Assembly: GCF_964355755.1 (NCBI RefSeq) | Contig: NC_092671.1 | Span: 26,300,070 to 26,364,069 of the forward strand | Direction of reading: 5' to 3' | Length of the DNA stretch: 64,000 bases | Source of the DNA: Antedon mediterranea | Lineage: Eukaryota; Animalia; Echinodermata | Shown: positions 14,166-28,350 of the stretch, piece by piece | Layout: each line of letters begins with the position of its first letter | Numbering within the stretch: the stretch's first letter is position 1 | The notes under the pieces: generated by a model | The model's input: the letters and a program-made list of their open reading frames with translations, nothing else | Told to the model about the DNA's origin: nothing | Database searches by the model: none | Made by a program: the position numbers and the translations under genes

Positions 14166-15754
14166 CTAATGGAAGATTGAATGATTCATGAATAAATTAA
14201 CGAATGGACGTATCAACTGATAAAAAGTGTACGTAACGTGAATTGGAGTCCCAAAGGAAATGACCATGGATAAATATAATAATAATAATAATAATAACGA
14301 GGACATTGATTTGGAAAATAAGAAAAGGTGAACGAAAGAAAGAACAAATATTTCAATAAATGAATACATAAGTGAGGGATGAACCTGTCAACGAACAGAT
14401 GAATAAATGACCAAGCGTGATAAATGGGATTATGCATTGACGCTATTATAAGGAATAAACTGTTATGTAAATGAATACAGTAAGTAAAGTATAATTAATT
14501 GGTACGTACAACAGTCGCGTTACCCGTATGTTTTATTTTCTAACCTCGGGTCTAATTAATAATACGTTAGGGCCTCATTAAGATCCACAGACAGAAGGCA
14601 ATTTATTAGGGATTGGTTAATGAGACAAATTTCGAATTTAGTTAAACATTAATGAATGAGAAACAAAAGTCAACAAAGAACGACAAAATGATAGATACGA
14701 AAATATTCATTACGTATTCTGACACAGTACTACTACACATTTGTGACGACAGAGTGATTTACCGTACCCTTTTACAGTGTACCATTTTCTTGACTAGGCT
14801 CACGTCTTTATTCTCTTCGTATTATGTCATGACTGACGATATAATTTCATTAATCATAATAATTTGTAAACATTATCTTGCATTTTAATTTTCACATTTA
14901 ATTAATTATCACATCTACGATTGATAATAGCGATGCATTCTGACGTCACCGAGTCCCGTGCAATTCGTCAACGTCTATGATAGCATGCTTTATTGAACAA
15001 GTTACCTAGCCCCTCACGCATGTTATACTTAACGTTTACGTCACTCTAGGGTGATGTACCAGTGGTACCGCGTCTTCTGACAGAAATCTTCAACCGTAGT
15101 GGGATACTGTAGTATTGTGAGAGATTTTTTTAAGCTTCATGGTTTAAGTTAATTAGAAGTAGGAGCTACTGATGGTCCTGGTATCACCATAAATAGTACG
15201 ACACACAATAGTCACACTCAAGCCTTTTTTATAGAGGGAAGCCTAGAGGAATGGTTAGGTTCAGAAACTAAAAAAAGTCTTACTCTTAAAAATAAATTGT
15301 CCTGTTATTTATATTTTATGTCGTTGTGACATGAATTTTAGATTTAAATTCTCTTCATCCACAAATTAATGAGTAATTTCTAATTATATATATCCAATAT
15401 AGATATTTTATTCCTCTTAATCTAGGAACACTGATTATAGATAATCGAGGCATGCTTTGGCCTTCGAATTAAGCTAAAAGGGTAGTACAATGTGATACAG
15501 TAATATCATATGATATTTCATTTTTATAGCCATCAATGGAAAACAGTCAATATCAGACAACATTAAACAATAGTCTATGATACACAAGGGTATATAAATG
15601 TGTGTAGTGGTAACACGTGATCTGCTTAATAACCAATAATAACGTGCTATGTATAATATTTCTTGAGATTTGTATTGTTAAGTTTCTTTGCGTGAGTGTC
15701 AGTCACACGGAACGACATGAACAATTATTCTCCTATGTATTCAATTCTTACTAA

Positions 15755-16362
15755 TTGCCTTTGGATTTATATATATTATATATATATATATATTTATACA
15801 CTGATACCCACAGTATTGTCATTTTTTCAGTAATTTGCCTTTGGATTTATATAGATATATATAAATTACTGAAAAAAATGACAATGCTGTGGGTATCAGT
15901 GGCTGGATCTCAATGGAGATACAAAATAAAAGCGAAAAGCTAAATCAAAACGAGAAGTAAAACAGCCAGAAAAGTTAGCAGAGCTTTCGGGCAACACTAG
16001 CCCTTCATCAGTGCAAGTGAAGGAATTTGGATAACTTCATAGTATAAAGCTGACAAGTGCTGCCTGGGTGGACAGGAATAAAAGAAATATAACAAAGGGT
16101 GACAGGGTGGAGTCTGAATAAGAGTGGTAGTGGTGTTAAGTTGTAATTCCCAGTGGTTTTCCTTGTCTTTGCAAGTTTTGTCGCTCCATTTGACATCGTG
16201 GTCTATTGCAATAACTCTGAAATTTGCAATCGAGTGACCAGCTGAATTAAAATATTCGGCTACAGGTTGATCAAGCTTTAATGTTTTGATAGCTGATCTG
16301 TGTTGTGTCATTCTCATACGGAGAGTGTTTCTTGTTTCTCAGACGTACTGTTTGCTACAAAT
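15755..16362 (-). mobile_element. Penelope-like retroelement 3' remnant (GIY-YIG endonuclease C-terminus plus pLTR)
   Basis: Minus frame reads CSKQYV*ETRNTLRMRMTQHRSAIK..PVAEYFNSAGH..KENHWELQLNT (decayed QYVGET..R..EH motif); hammerhead core downstream; inverted repeat 15799-15836/15863-15901. Confidence 0.85.
15978..16014 (-). ncRNA. Minimal type I hammerhead ribozyme
   Basis: Minus strand: GCA CTGATGA A GGGC-TAGTGTT-GCCC GAAA GC TC^TGC; intact core, 4-bp stem II, palindromic AGCT stem III, 3-bp stem I. Confidence 0.75.
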
Positions 16363-16452
16363 ATTATTAATATATATATACGTTTCAAATTAATTAATTA
16401 AATTTCAGTATATCACCGGGCGGTTTAGAATTAATGTTCTTTGCCTCTTGTG

Positions 16453-16480
<28 letters not shown>

Positions 16481-16488
<8 letters not shown>

Positions 16489-17060
16489 CGGAGACTGCGG
16501 CAATTAAAAAACTCATAGAATAATAAATAAAGACGCATACAACATAAGTTCTGGCTTAAATAGTTTAATTAGTAAATGAACATTCACCCATGTAAAACTG
16601 CACATAAAAGTCATAAGCAAATATAAGTTATATAGCAATAATTTTCCAATTTTAAGTAAGCACAACAGGGATGCTCAGAGTAAAATAGCCCTATTGCCAT
16701 AAGTGTCTAAATATTGGGCGGGAGGGAGGGAAAATTGTCTTCAACTTAATGTAATCGTGTTAACAGAGAGGGCGCTTGATCAAAGAGGTCGAAAACCCGC
16801 CCTCTCCGTTCTCAAAATAGAATTGTGTTCCCAGCCCAATTCTTGATTTTTGCTACTCGGAGACTGCGGCAATTAACAAACTCATAGAATAATAAATAAA
16901 GACGCATACAACATAAGTTCTGGCTTAAATAGTTTAATTAGTAAATGAACATTCACCCATGTAAAACTGCACATAAAAGTCATAAGCAAATATAAGTTAT
17001 ATAGCAATAATTTTCCAATTCTAAGTAAGCACAACAGGGATGCTCAGAGAAAAATAGCCC
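16481..17060. repeat. ~210-bp direct duplication (16481-16690 and 16850-17060)
   Basis: Near-identical copies starting TTGCTACTCGGAGACTGCGGC and ending AAAATAGCCC. Confidence 0.9.
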
Positions 17061-18384
17061 GCGGCAGGTGCCAAGGAATATATATATTTGATAATGGTAG
17101 TATATATTAAGTTAGTATGGTTCTATCATTAATAAAATTACAAACATCATGTTCTCATTCTAAACATAATATGCGAAAATCAAATGTCATTATAATCTAT
17201 TATACTGAAAATTGTAAGTTTTTAAGTATCTAAAAACAATTAAAAATCAGTTTTATTGAATTATTTGTGTGCATAAAATTGCCTCTAAACCGTATTCTCA
17301 GTCATATGGTGGTGAACGTATATTCCAATAATTGTTAACACGGGAATCAAAGATAATCCGCACTTCATTGAAGTGTTGATACTGTTCCCTGGTGGCACAA
17401 CTTGTCAATGATTATCCACGCCTTCATAATGTAAACTTCCAAGAATATGTTTCCCGTAATTAGTTTAGACACTACAGGGTGGATATAATGTATATGCCTA
17501 ATGACATGAGTGTGTTGTTAAAACGGGCCTGTCAAAGCATGTTAATGACAGGACACTGAGCTCGCCTTGCCAAGATAGCAACTCGTAACTGTCATTTGAT
17601 CGTATGTCTGGCTGCGACAAATACCACCATAACAGTACTATTGTATATTACCCATGGCGCGCGGTCCTGAATGGGCATGAAACTGATCGTGTCGCAGCCA
17701 CAGATAAACCCCCAAATTCTCACCATCATGTTTTTAGATTGCTTTGTCTCGACTAGGTCTGTGGCAGCGGTACAAATCATGGGCTGGGGATGGCGTCTCG
17801 TTTTTAAGTTGGGGAAAATGGTTCCCCTCAGCAGTGGCGACGTACTACTATCAGAAACCTTGTTGGTTTTTTTTACGCAAATGCCCGGTTTTTCTTCCTT
17901 CGCCATCAATTTTTGTTGAACCATGCATACTTTTAGATTGATCTAACCCAAGTTAGTCCTAAGCTCCCTAATAAAATTGGATGAGCTAAAGAAAATTTGT
18001 TTAAACCCAGATCTCTTAATCCTAACATTATTCATAATGTGTTTATGCGGGAAATTCTCAAGAGATCATTAAATTAATATACAGTACCGTATTCAACTTT
18101 TAATCAAATCATGTGTGTTTATTGTTTAAATGATCCGATTGGTTTTGGAAACTATTCTAGAAGTGTAGTGAGCAGCCCTAGCTTACAGTTAGGGACTTGG
18201 ATCCATCCCACAATTGGTGGTCGCTTACAGTTTGTAGTTACATAATTACCGTTTGAGAATCTATCAACGCTAATGCCATGATCTGAGTTGTTAGATCAGC
18301 GAGGAAATTACATAATACTCCGAACCGCAAATGCCCACCCGTGTTCCATATTGATTTTAATTTCACCTATGCCGACAACCACGG

Positions 18385-21300
18385 ATGGAAACAAGTTTCT
18401 TTGGTTCTTTTATATTGTTTGTTCAGCTGTAGCATGTCTGCTACGGTGACGATAACAGCGAGTCTTTGGTGAGTTAATCTTGCCGCTGCTGCAATGTCTA
18501 ATACTTTCCAAGTTATGGAATTTTCCAACAAGATTAACTACACATTTCTACCATATTCTTATTTCTTGTGGCATTCTGTACTTGTGAAATGTAATTATAC
18601 GTTTAGCCCCTCTCGTTAAGGTCGTTTCAAAAGTACAGTCTCTGTTAAGAACATGTCCAATGTGTGAACTGTCGTAATATACCCATGGTGTAATGTAATT
18701 ATTGGATTATGTAGTGCTGCAAAATTATGTCACGTGCTATATTGACACAATAATTTAGTGTTAAGGGATTACACTTTTTTTTGTTACGTTAAATATTTTG
18801 GATGCACTATTATGGTTTTGTTTAGATTTGTACAAATTGGTCAGTTTATTAGGTTGTTTTGTTGTGTTTTTAGACAAATTGTCAAGGACAGCCACATGAA
18901 TACACTTACTATTTTAAAAGATGGTAATTCTATTCAAATGGTTCTAAGTTAACAAGAATTTAGGAGTAGAATTTTGGAGAAAAACAATCGTGGAAATTGG
19001 AGATTTTAATTTAATTTTTTTATAGATTTACCAATAATGGCTTCAATAGAGAAAAACTACTAGAGTAAAAATAATAATTTATATCACCCTAACACAAATT
19101 TTTTTTACATTTTTGTTGCCGCTGTCTATGAAACGAAATGAGAAAAAAAATTAAACATAATTATAGCCGTAATTTAAAGAATGATCAAAGAAAATGTTAA
19201 CAAAAAATTGATAACACTTTATTAAAACTACAAAATTGTATTAGAGCTGTAGCTTGGTTGTTAACGTGCTTGCCTTCCAATCCCAATGTCTGGGTTCAAT
19301 CTTGACCTAGTACCAGGGTTGTAACTCACGACTCTTTCAAATCCACTCCACAAGCCTTAAATGAGAATGGCGAGTGACTCGCTGTTAGATGCGTATGAAA
19401 GAAAGAAGAACTGTTGTATTCATTCTTATTCTCCATGTGTAGGCCTATACGTACATTAGTAGTACTGGCAATATCTAACATTAAACAATCCCCTTCCAAG
19501 TAGTCTCGGACACATCAATCTTGAATAAGTTTGGATCATTAAACGTGTTTTTGTTTGTAACAAGATTTGATAATGGATATAATATGAATACCATATTCAT
19601 GTATCAACTCCCAGGGAAGGTTACATTGCAGGAAATTTAATTCTATTCTAAAATTAAATTTCTAAAATAAAACAAAGTTTGTTGAGTATTCGGTTTCGTT
19701 TTCTCATAAAATCTTATAAGTGTGGTTTGATGACCTTAGCAGCACATTTTTTTTTATCAGGAAATAAATAATTTGATGTAAAATTTATTTTGATATAAAA
19801 TATAGATAACTTTATAGACATATTTTGCATATCTCAAAAATGTTATTATAGGTAATTCTGTTATGAGTCAATACTAAACAGGTGGGGACATAGTTACCGT
19901 ATCAGAATCAATACTAAACAGGTGGGGACATAGTTACCGTATCAGAATAATGGTAAATGAAATTCGTATAAAACACAAAGTTACAGTGCTCTTTACATAA
20001 TAACAACATTATATCATAAGTACCTTTCATTGTGTAATTGAGTTTAAAGTAATATTTTTCAAATGGGCCTACCTTGAAATTAAAAATATAACTTCAATTG
20101 TCAATTTAAAATTAGTAATCCATAAACTACACAGTATATTTTCATGGCCTACGGTAATAACGAAATGAGCCTATAAGAAATCAGAAAAAATGTTATTTAT
20201 AACCAGTGTTAAAAAATGATAAAACCACGAGAGAAATGCAAGGATTCTAACTATATGGCGATTGTCTGCCAATATATTTTATGTCATAATGACTGTATAC
20301 CTCCATAAAGCAAAGAAATACATCACTCAGATGGAAGTTGAGTTATTAGAGTAAAATAATTAGTATTAGCTACCGGTATCCAAATATTATAGATTATCTT
20401 ATCATTTTATTGAAACAATAAAGTATCGTTTAGAGGCAATTAATTTTAGTTGAAAATCAGATCAAACGCACTCGACTTCGCAGTATATATTGTAACTATC
20501 TTGCTATGATCGTAGAAATTATGTCTACATGGTAAATGGTATAAGATTAAAGGCTAATATTATATAAACATATTTATGACATGCCTTGTAAGACTTAAAC
20601 AGCCGTAGATCTTATCTTGAAAACTAACACGCACATTAATCTACATACCGGTTTCTAAAATCAATCCGATGCGTGAATTTACAATAGGCCTAATCACGAA
20701 GGAAAGTGTTTTTATTGGAATCTACCATTATAATGGACTAAAAAAAGTGTCGCTGTCAAAGATAAACGCCAGCCGCGCGGTGCGTTGAAAAGAAAATTAA
20801 GTGACGCCAGCCAGTCTAATTTAAAACTACATTTGCCAAATTCAGATATAGGCCTAAGCGGCTTAAGGAACACGGGGATGGAATAACACTGGTTATCTAA
20901 ACACACTGCTTAAATTCTATCATTTTTAAAATAATTAGTATTAGGTCTATGTTTTTCTTTTCTTTTTATTGCATTTTTTTTTTCACATAATGATTACAGT
21001 ATTTAATATGTGCTTGGCCCCAGCAAAGACAACCCTATGTTGATGGGTCTCCGTGGATAATTAAAGTTAAACTTGAACGTAAGATGAGTCTATTCAATTT
21101 CCAAAACATTATAATGAACAATATATTGTTACTTCACATTCGGAAATAAGTATAATGCATATGAATAAAACAGGTATTTTATTTGATTAGGATCAACTGT
21201 AGAAGAAAAGAAATTGGCACAATTCCCTACTTTCACATAGAACATATTGGCTATTAATATTAGGCCTACTTAAAATGCGCGGTAACTATACAAAGCGGAT

Positions 21301-24300
21301 TGCAATGATTACAATGTTAAAATAAATCAGCCGATTTTGTTTTTTCTTTATTTGGATTGAGATAGAATGTTTAAAAATTAAAAACAGCAAGTAATTGATT
21401 CAAGTTGTTTTATCTTTTTCTTATTGCAGTAAATTTACTTTCCATTTTCTTCCTTTTCGTAATGCACGGTACACATTAAAAACTAATACAGGTAAAAAGT
21501 AGCAACGACTAAAAATGAACCCTCATAAAGCCCTAAACGGCATGTCACATACAGTGAAGATATTTTACTCTTCACTGGAGTCCCCAAAGCCCCGCGATCT
21601 TGCATTAAACACGCCTACCGCAGACATTCATATTTTCACTGATTGTACTTAGTAATGCTATGAAATCTACAATTTGTTATTTTTAGAATACTGCAGTTTC
21701 TTATTTATCTGCCTTGAAATGACACACTTTCAAAATAATGTAGGCTAGATCGAAATATGAGTTGTATAATTACTTGGTTGTCGAAATAAACGCCGAAACC
21801 TTCCCATGTTAAAAGGAAGTTTAATAGAAAAGGAAAACGCCAAAACAAAAGATGGAGATTATTTTTACTTCATTTAATTGTAAATAGTGGCTGCTTAAAT
21901 ATAGGCGTTTGGAAATTTAAAGAAAAAACAGTTTCGGTGGTCTTTATAGCTGAGATTAAGAATTGTTGTATACAGTAGTAATAATTGAGATAATATTACC
22001 AGACCTAGTTATCAATTGTTCGCACATGTAGCATGCATACACTTTAAAATGTAAATCAAAATACACACTAGTCAAATAAGCACTGTTGCTGTTGCTTACG
22101 GCTTTGTCATGTCTGATAATTCGTGACTTTCATGAAACGCCATCTATTTTTTGTTATTTAACACGTTCTGATACTTACGTTTTTGGTTGGCCGACTACTG
22201 TACGCGCCTAAATAAATAATTCTACAGTCTAAAAATCTAAAGAATTGTATTTGTGTTTTCATGGTCTGCCATAGACAACACGACAATACAAATTAGACGC
22301 GCGCGTTCAAATAATGATGAAAATGACACGGTATTCGACACGCGCGTTCAAATACTGATGAAAATTGCATGAAATTTGACACGCGCGATCAAATACTGAT
22401 ATAATACAGATCGTGCACGTGTGTGCACATGTCTTCGAAGTGTTACCGATAATTTACATAATGAAGATAACCAGCCATACAAGAAACAATTAACAGAAAG
22501 AAAGTAAAAGTTTTTTCAATATAACATAATAACCAAATGTCTGTCTACTGACCAAACAATCCGCCAAGGAATACTTGACATTTAGGCTTATCTTCTTCAT
22601 AGAATAGCTTGTGAGACATTTTATATTTTGTTATGGAGAACATCTCTATGATATATTTTATAGAGAAATAAACCGTATAATCAGTATTACTTTCCCTTGT
22701 TATCCTTTTATTTAAACTACTTAGCTTATCATAATTCGTAATAAAATCAGTATTATGCCCTATGTATAATAGGTTATATGATTGTTTTAAGAATTATTTT
22801 TTGAAATATGAAATGTGTATTATTAAGTGATTGATTTTATTTTATATTATATATAATAATAATGTATCCAACTTATTCAGAAAGGTCGCGGGTGTGTGTA
22901 ACCAGCGACGAAATTGTAAACAAAAATAAAATATTATCAAATCCACATATCGTAGAAATTGTGAAACAGATAGCGAGAGCAACTGGTAAATTTATTTAAA
23001 TAAAAGTGTTTGCACTGTGTTCCCCTATCTCAGAACTAACCATATAATACATTGTCATAGAAAAATACTACAATTTTAGATAAACTGGTGCTTTCTTAAT
23101 AGAACTTTCAATCAGAGAAGTATATGAAACTAAAAAATTAAACTTATTTCCCCTTTTTCCTTTCAGGTGAAAGGGATAATAGGGATGTACCCTGAATAGT
23201 GGTATCCAAGGTTAATTTTAATGTTTTACTATTTTATTTTTGTTATATATATCTATCCTGTAAACGTAAGGTTTCTTGTGCCTACGCAATAAATAAGGAT
23301 TGGCCGTAGTGTTAAAAACATAAGTAACATTTAATGTAAATGTTTTATACTCTTATCCGTTACCTGAATATGGGTGTCTAAAAAGGTGGAAATTATTATG
23401 TCGTCTGGGAAAAAGGAATTTTTACTGTATTCAAAATGTAAAACTGCATTGTCACAAAATTGTTGAGCGACCTGGGATGAATAGTAGGCATATATATATA
23501 TATATATATAATATGTGAAGCTATTACTCCCATAGTCATAACCAGACGCGTGGGGTAGGCAATTGAACATTTTGTAATCCAAACTTCCAATCAACATCTA
23601 AATGTGATTTTTCGTCCGTAATTTACACGTTCTTCACGTACTCAAGTCAAAATAATAATCCTATTTAAACAAGCAATCGACGCGAAGCAAATACAAGCGC
23701 CGACTTGATTCTGTCTCAGATACAATCCCATGCGTGCTTAAACAATAGAACTATGTTATATTATAGTCTAAATCTATATTGATGATTTCTTGGTTGTATA
23801 TTAATAGACCAATAAATCTGTTTGTCACATAATATCGTGATTATGATACGATTTCACCCATGTAATTAGAATTTGTCTTGTTCGTAATACGCTGTGTAAA
23901 TTCCTTAAGGAAGGCGGACGTCGGCTGCAGCAACATGTTAGTGGATTAAGAGAGAGGAGGAATATTGATATCCAGGTCGGGTTTCCAGAATGTGCCTCTG
24001 GTAAACGCTACAAGAACGTAGCCTAGTTACGTCATCATCACGTGACGTACCCACAGTTTCGTTGTCGATCCATTTAAGAAACGTGCTTAGGATGTTTATG
24101 GATTTAAAAAAATTATTCGTTGCATTCAAATAATCTTATGAAATAATAATATGTTTACGCAGCAAAACTAAGGCATGATTTATGATGGTGGTAATACCTC
24201 CTTTAAACCTCATTTTAAGATGTCAATATCCTAAGAAAATATTAGGTTGGGATATAATCATGTGAAGATTAGAAACGATAATCTACATGCATCGTTACTA

Positions 24301-25860
24301 AAATACCTAAAGCTGATATAATTATTAATATCAATAAATACATTTTATACAAAAACAAGCACAGTTTACATAAACCTTTACTACCATATTGTAAAACAAT
24401 GTCATTTTCCTAAAAAAATGTTTGCTTCTAACGGTAGCCATTTCTATTCTCTTTTTAGACATTTGCAAGAAGCAGAAGAACTTTTGGAACTACAGAATAA
24501 GAATTTATATTCATCACCGGGACTCAGATCTCGTAAGTTAGATTTAATGTCGCCTTATGTTTAACGAAAACAGTAATCGCGATCTACCATGCAATGACCG
24601 CATACATTATTTCAGTTACAGCAAACTATTTCTTTTTTTCACATAAACGGCTCCTGGCTGGGAAAAAACATTGAATTAAAAGATTCCATTTTAAATCGTA
24701 TTAAATATTTATAAGATGCTGAATTTATTTTATTTTAGTAAGTTATTTCTTCAGGCTTAACAATTATAATATTAAATGTGTTCGGTTCATTTCACTGTAC
24801 AGTTCATAGTATCTTGATTTTGTCTTTGTATACAGTTAAAAGTGCTTAGAATATAAAATATTTCATGTGGTATGAATGTTACTGTCAGAAGACATTGTCG
24901 CTAGACATGAAACCGATTGTCCATGATAGCTTAAAAGTGTGTGTGAATATATTTGAAAAACCTTACGTCATCATTGTGTCAACAATGACGTTGGTCAACT
25001 TTATCGACTAATATAGGGCATCATAGAAAATAATATGTTACTTGATTAATTACCATGTTTTTATCCATGCATGTCTTAAAATCTGCACATTGTTTGTGTA
25101 TAGATGAACGTAAGCAGTCAATTCTACACGCCCACCAGGAACCGAAAAAGAAAATGTGACGTCATTAAATTGACCAGAAACTCCAAAGTACAATAGTTTA
25201 TTTAAAAGAGAAGTTATATTTACGGGCTTTTATAAAATTCTTACGTAAGCCCTATAAACTGTTATTGATGAAGAAATGTCACTATTTTACAGTTGTTTGG
25301 AACACGATTTCCATGACGATTTACAGTGTAAAAAAAATCTAAAATTTACTAAAAATGTAAACGAATCCCTTATTATTGTGGCGTAGCAGCTATTATTCTG
25401 GACAGCACGCTTCTCCCGTCACGCTTGTCAGATTCGAAAGTTCATTGTTTGTCTACAAAGCAATGGCCTAAGATGACATAGGCCAAGTTTACGGCTTTCG
25501 CTCTCTGCGGTTGAAATTAACTATTTCAGGCGATGATTGTACTTAGTCATTCGGAGGTTGTTAATAAGGATCGTTCTAATATAGGCATTCGGTTTGTATT
25601 TTTAGGAAGGCCCTGCTTCATAACAACTATACGTTAGTCAACGCATGACTAGGCCATTAGCTATATTTGCACAATTTCTAGTAACGTGATTATCGATCTC
25701 GTTTTCGGTTCTGTGATAAACACGTCATCTGAATTTGCTGAGATAAACTTAGATACATTTTTTAACAAATATTGATCGAATGATATTAATTGTGTTTTAT
25801 TTGTTTTCACAGGTTTAAGGCGATGGAAAACAAACGATTAGTGAAGAATAGTGAATGGCC
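18385..25860 (+). other. Possible spliced transcript (lncRNA/UTR or decayed small secreted-peptide gene); candidate exons ..18468, 23167-23210, 24459-24532, 25813..
   Basis: Donors TTG|GTGAGT (18468) and CTC|GTAAGT (24532); polypyrimidine acceptors TTTCAG| (23166), CTAAC..TTTTTAG| (24458) and TTTTCACAG| (25812); no recognised homology. Confidence 0.3.
19244..19410 (+). mobile_element. tRNA-derived SINE
   Basis: A-box TAGCTTGGTTG, TTCCA anticodon-like loop, B-box GGGTTCAATC, GAAA/GAA tail; TTGTATT on both flanks (possible TSD). Confidence 0.7.
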
Positions 25861-26798
25861 ATTGTAAAGTTTTAGTTTTGGAAGTGCAATGTTTATTCTA
25901 CAACAATAATGTCGAAACCTTGTTAGCATTGATTTATAATACGGGAATACAGTTTTTTTAATGAATATAAAACAGGGAATGGGCTGCTTATGATTATTTA
26001 AAATTGACTTGCATATTTTGAAGTAAGTGTAATCTTCCTAAAAGCATTATCAAAACAGTTTTTATACAGCCGAATAGATGGGAAGTAACACTTTTTGAAC
26101 AAATATTCAGATTACATTCAAATGTGTTACTTCATTATAAGCAAGTCAATTTTCAGAATCCGAATTGACAAAGTTATTTTCTTAATATTTTAAATAATGC
26201 AATTGTCGTATATTACCACCACACCTTACAAAGACAACACGCTCAGTCATGATGTTTTTCAAGTTACGTTAATGTTACTCATTTTTTCTGAAATGTTTTC
26301 AAGGTGTATACTCTGCGAGCAACTCATAGAGATCAACAATAGTCTGAGCCACTTGTCACTGACAAAAATGCAGCATACACGTTAGATAGGACCCACATAT
26401 TCAAATTATTTACCTTTTAATACTCAAAGTATTATAGAAAGTGTCAATGATACCTTATATTTTATTAATAGATAAGAATTCTTAAAAACTTGACATTTCG
26501 TAAATACTTCGCAGTTGATTCTTTTTTAACGCCCGTCCATTTTGCATATGTTCCTTTAAAAATAAAGGGGATCGCCAAAACAGTGAGTAACATTTCTGTA
26601 ATTTGAGTAATGTCTTGCACACGGTAAAATACACGTGTCCTGTCTGTGTCCACCATTTACAATGTTGCATGATTGGTTGACACACGATACGCGACATTCC
26701 GCCAATATAGCGAACTTTTGTTTTGACGACACGCCGCTAGAATAGGCACTTATCAAGTGAAATTATAATTATGCGCAAGCCCAGAATGTATGCGCATA

Positions 26799-27174
26799 AA
26801 GCCGATTTTCCACTAGGCGAATTTGTTCGCGCGAATGGAAAGCGTCATGCTCTGCGCATGCGTATTCGTGTTTCTGTCTGTCATACTCCCTTCTGCGACG
26901 AATTCTAGTTCCTTTATTTTTCGCTTCAGCGAAATTTACTAGTTCGAATTGTTTCTACTTTTTGCGAAGCGAAATATTGCGCAACCAATCAGAGCTCATG
27001 AAATGAGCTATGACGCTTTCATGAGCACTCATGCGAATCGAAATGCTCAGCAACCACCCGAGGAACATGAATGTCGCAGCTATTCGCTCATGTAGTGGAA
27101 AGAGAGTAGGCGATTTTTTTCTCTTCGAAACGTTGGATTCGCGCGAACAAATTCGCCTAGTGGAAAATCGGCTT
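26799..27174. mobile_element. MITE with ~38-bp perfect TIRs
   Basis: AAGCCGATTTTCCACTAGGCGAATTTGTTCGCGCGAAT and its exact reverse complement; TA on both flanks (TA or TWA target site). Confidence 0.9.
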
Positions 27175-28192
27175 TAGATGAGTTTTAGATTTGCGACAAC
27201 GAGTAGTCCAGAACGATATGCTAATTCGATATGACGCATGACGTGACATCATCCACAGACGATAGGTGATTTGTAGATCTGCGCCGCAACTAAGACGCGC
27301 GCGCAAAAACAAGCAACCGACAGACGATCTTGCCGTCTTCTGATGATTGGTCATTACTAACGGCGAATTGTATCGAATTTTACTTGACGAAACTGAAACA
27401 CTGTGAATACGATAGGCATCCACATACGTGTTACTATGACGTAATCTTTCCAAAGAACTATTCATATCTAAAACTCAATAATGACTTTTACTTGATAGGC
27501 GCGTAGTCCAGTAGCGCGTCTTCAAAACGAAAGGTCGCTAATGTTTCACCCAAAGAGGCACAAAACGCATTCGTATAAACACTGTAATTGTTTAGTACGT
27601 GTATTTCTAACTGTACGTGCCGTCAATTAGCGTTAGCGCCATATTTCGTATTGTCAGGGACCACCTCAACGAGACACACTTGATCTGCGTACAAACGCTT
27701 ATATTAACGAGAGCATGTATGAGGCGCCATAAGCTTCTCCTCTTCTGTCGTAATTCTTTCCATTCAGTTGATATTCTGTAAGGTTGTCAACAGCAGGCTT
27801 TTATACAGTATTATGTTTGTACTGGACCAAGGTGTTTAATATTAAGAATACTATATACTTCTCATCTTAACTATTAATTTAATGTATCAATTTAATTTTT
27901 GTAAACGAATTTGTATTAAATGTTAGGCATACATGCTTTGTTGCTTATGGCGTGACATACGCGTCAACCTTGGTCTCTCGTGGTGTGGTGGGGTACTGCT
28001 GACTGATTTACTCGCAGTAGTAAACTTATTAAATTATGTACACCTGATTATGCTAATTATTAAGCAATTTAAAGTGGTTATCGTTTATGTGAAACTTAAT
28101 TATAATTACTAATGCGTCGCTTAAATAAAATAATGGGAAAAAAATACGTGTGTATAAATAAAAATTGGTTATTTTTGCACTTTGATGTAAAA

Positions 28193-28350
28193 AGGCCAAT
28201 TTACACAGACGAATAGTAAGAGTACACGATTAGTGGAAAACTAAAATATAGAATCTATGTTATTTCTTTATATAAACACGGATTCTACGTTAAACAAGCA
28301 CGCGGTTTTCCGCTAACCGTCACCACTCGTGCGTCTATGTAAATTGGCCT
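28193..28350. mobile_element. PIF/Harbinger-like MITE, family copy 1
   Basis: TIRs AGGCCAATTTACACAGACG / CGTCTATGTAAATTGGCCT; same family at 40237. Confidence 0.8.

Noticed and set aside
13696-14437. Hydrophobic ORFs on the minus strand
   Set aside because: Translations of the ~60-bp minisatellite and its degenerate flank
17592-17941. Overlapping 65-110 aa ORFs in a GC-richer patch
   Set aside because: No recognisable domain or exon structure; may be regulatory sequence or a decayed TE
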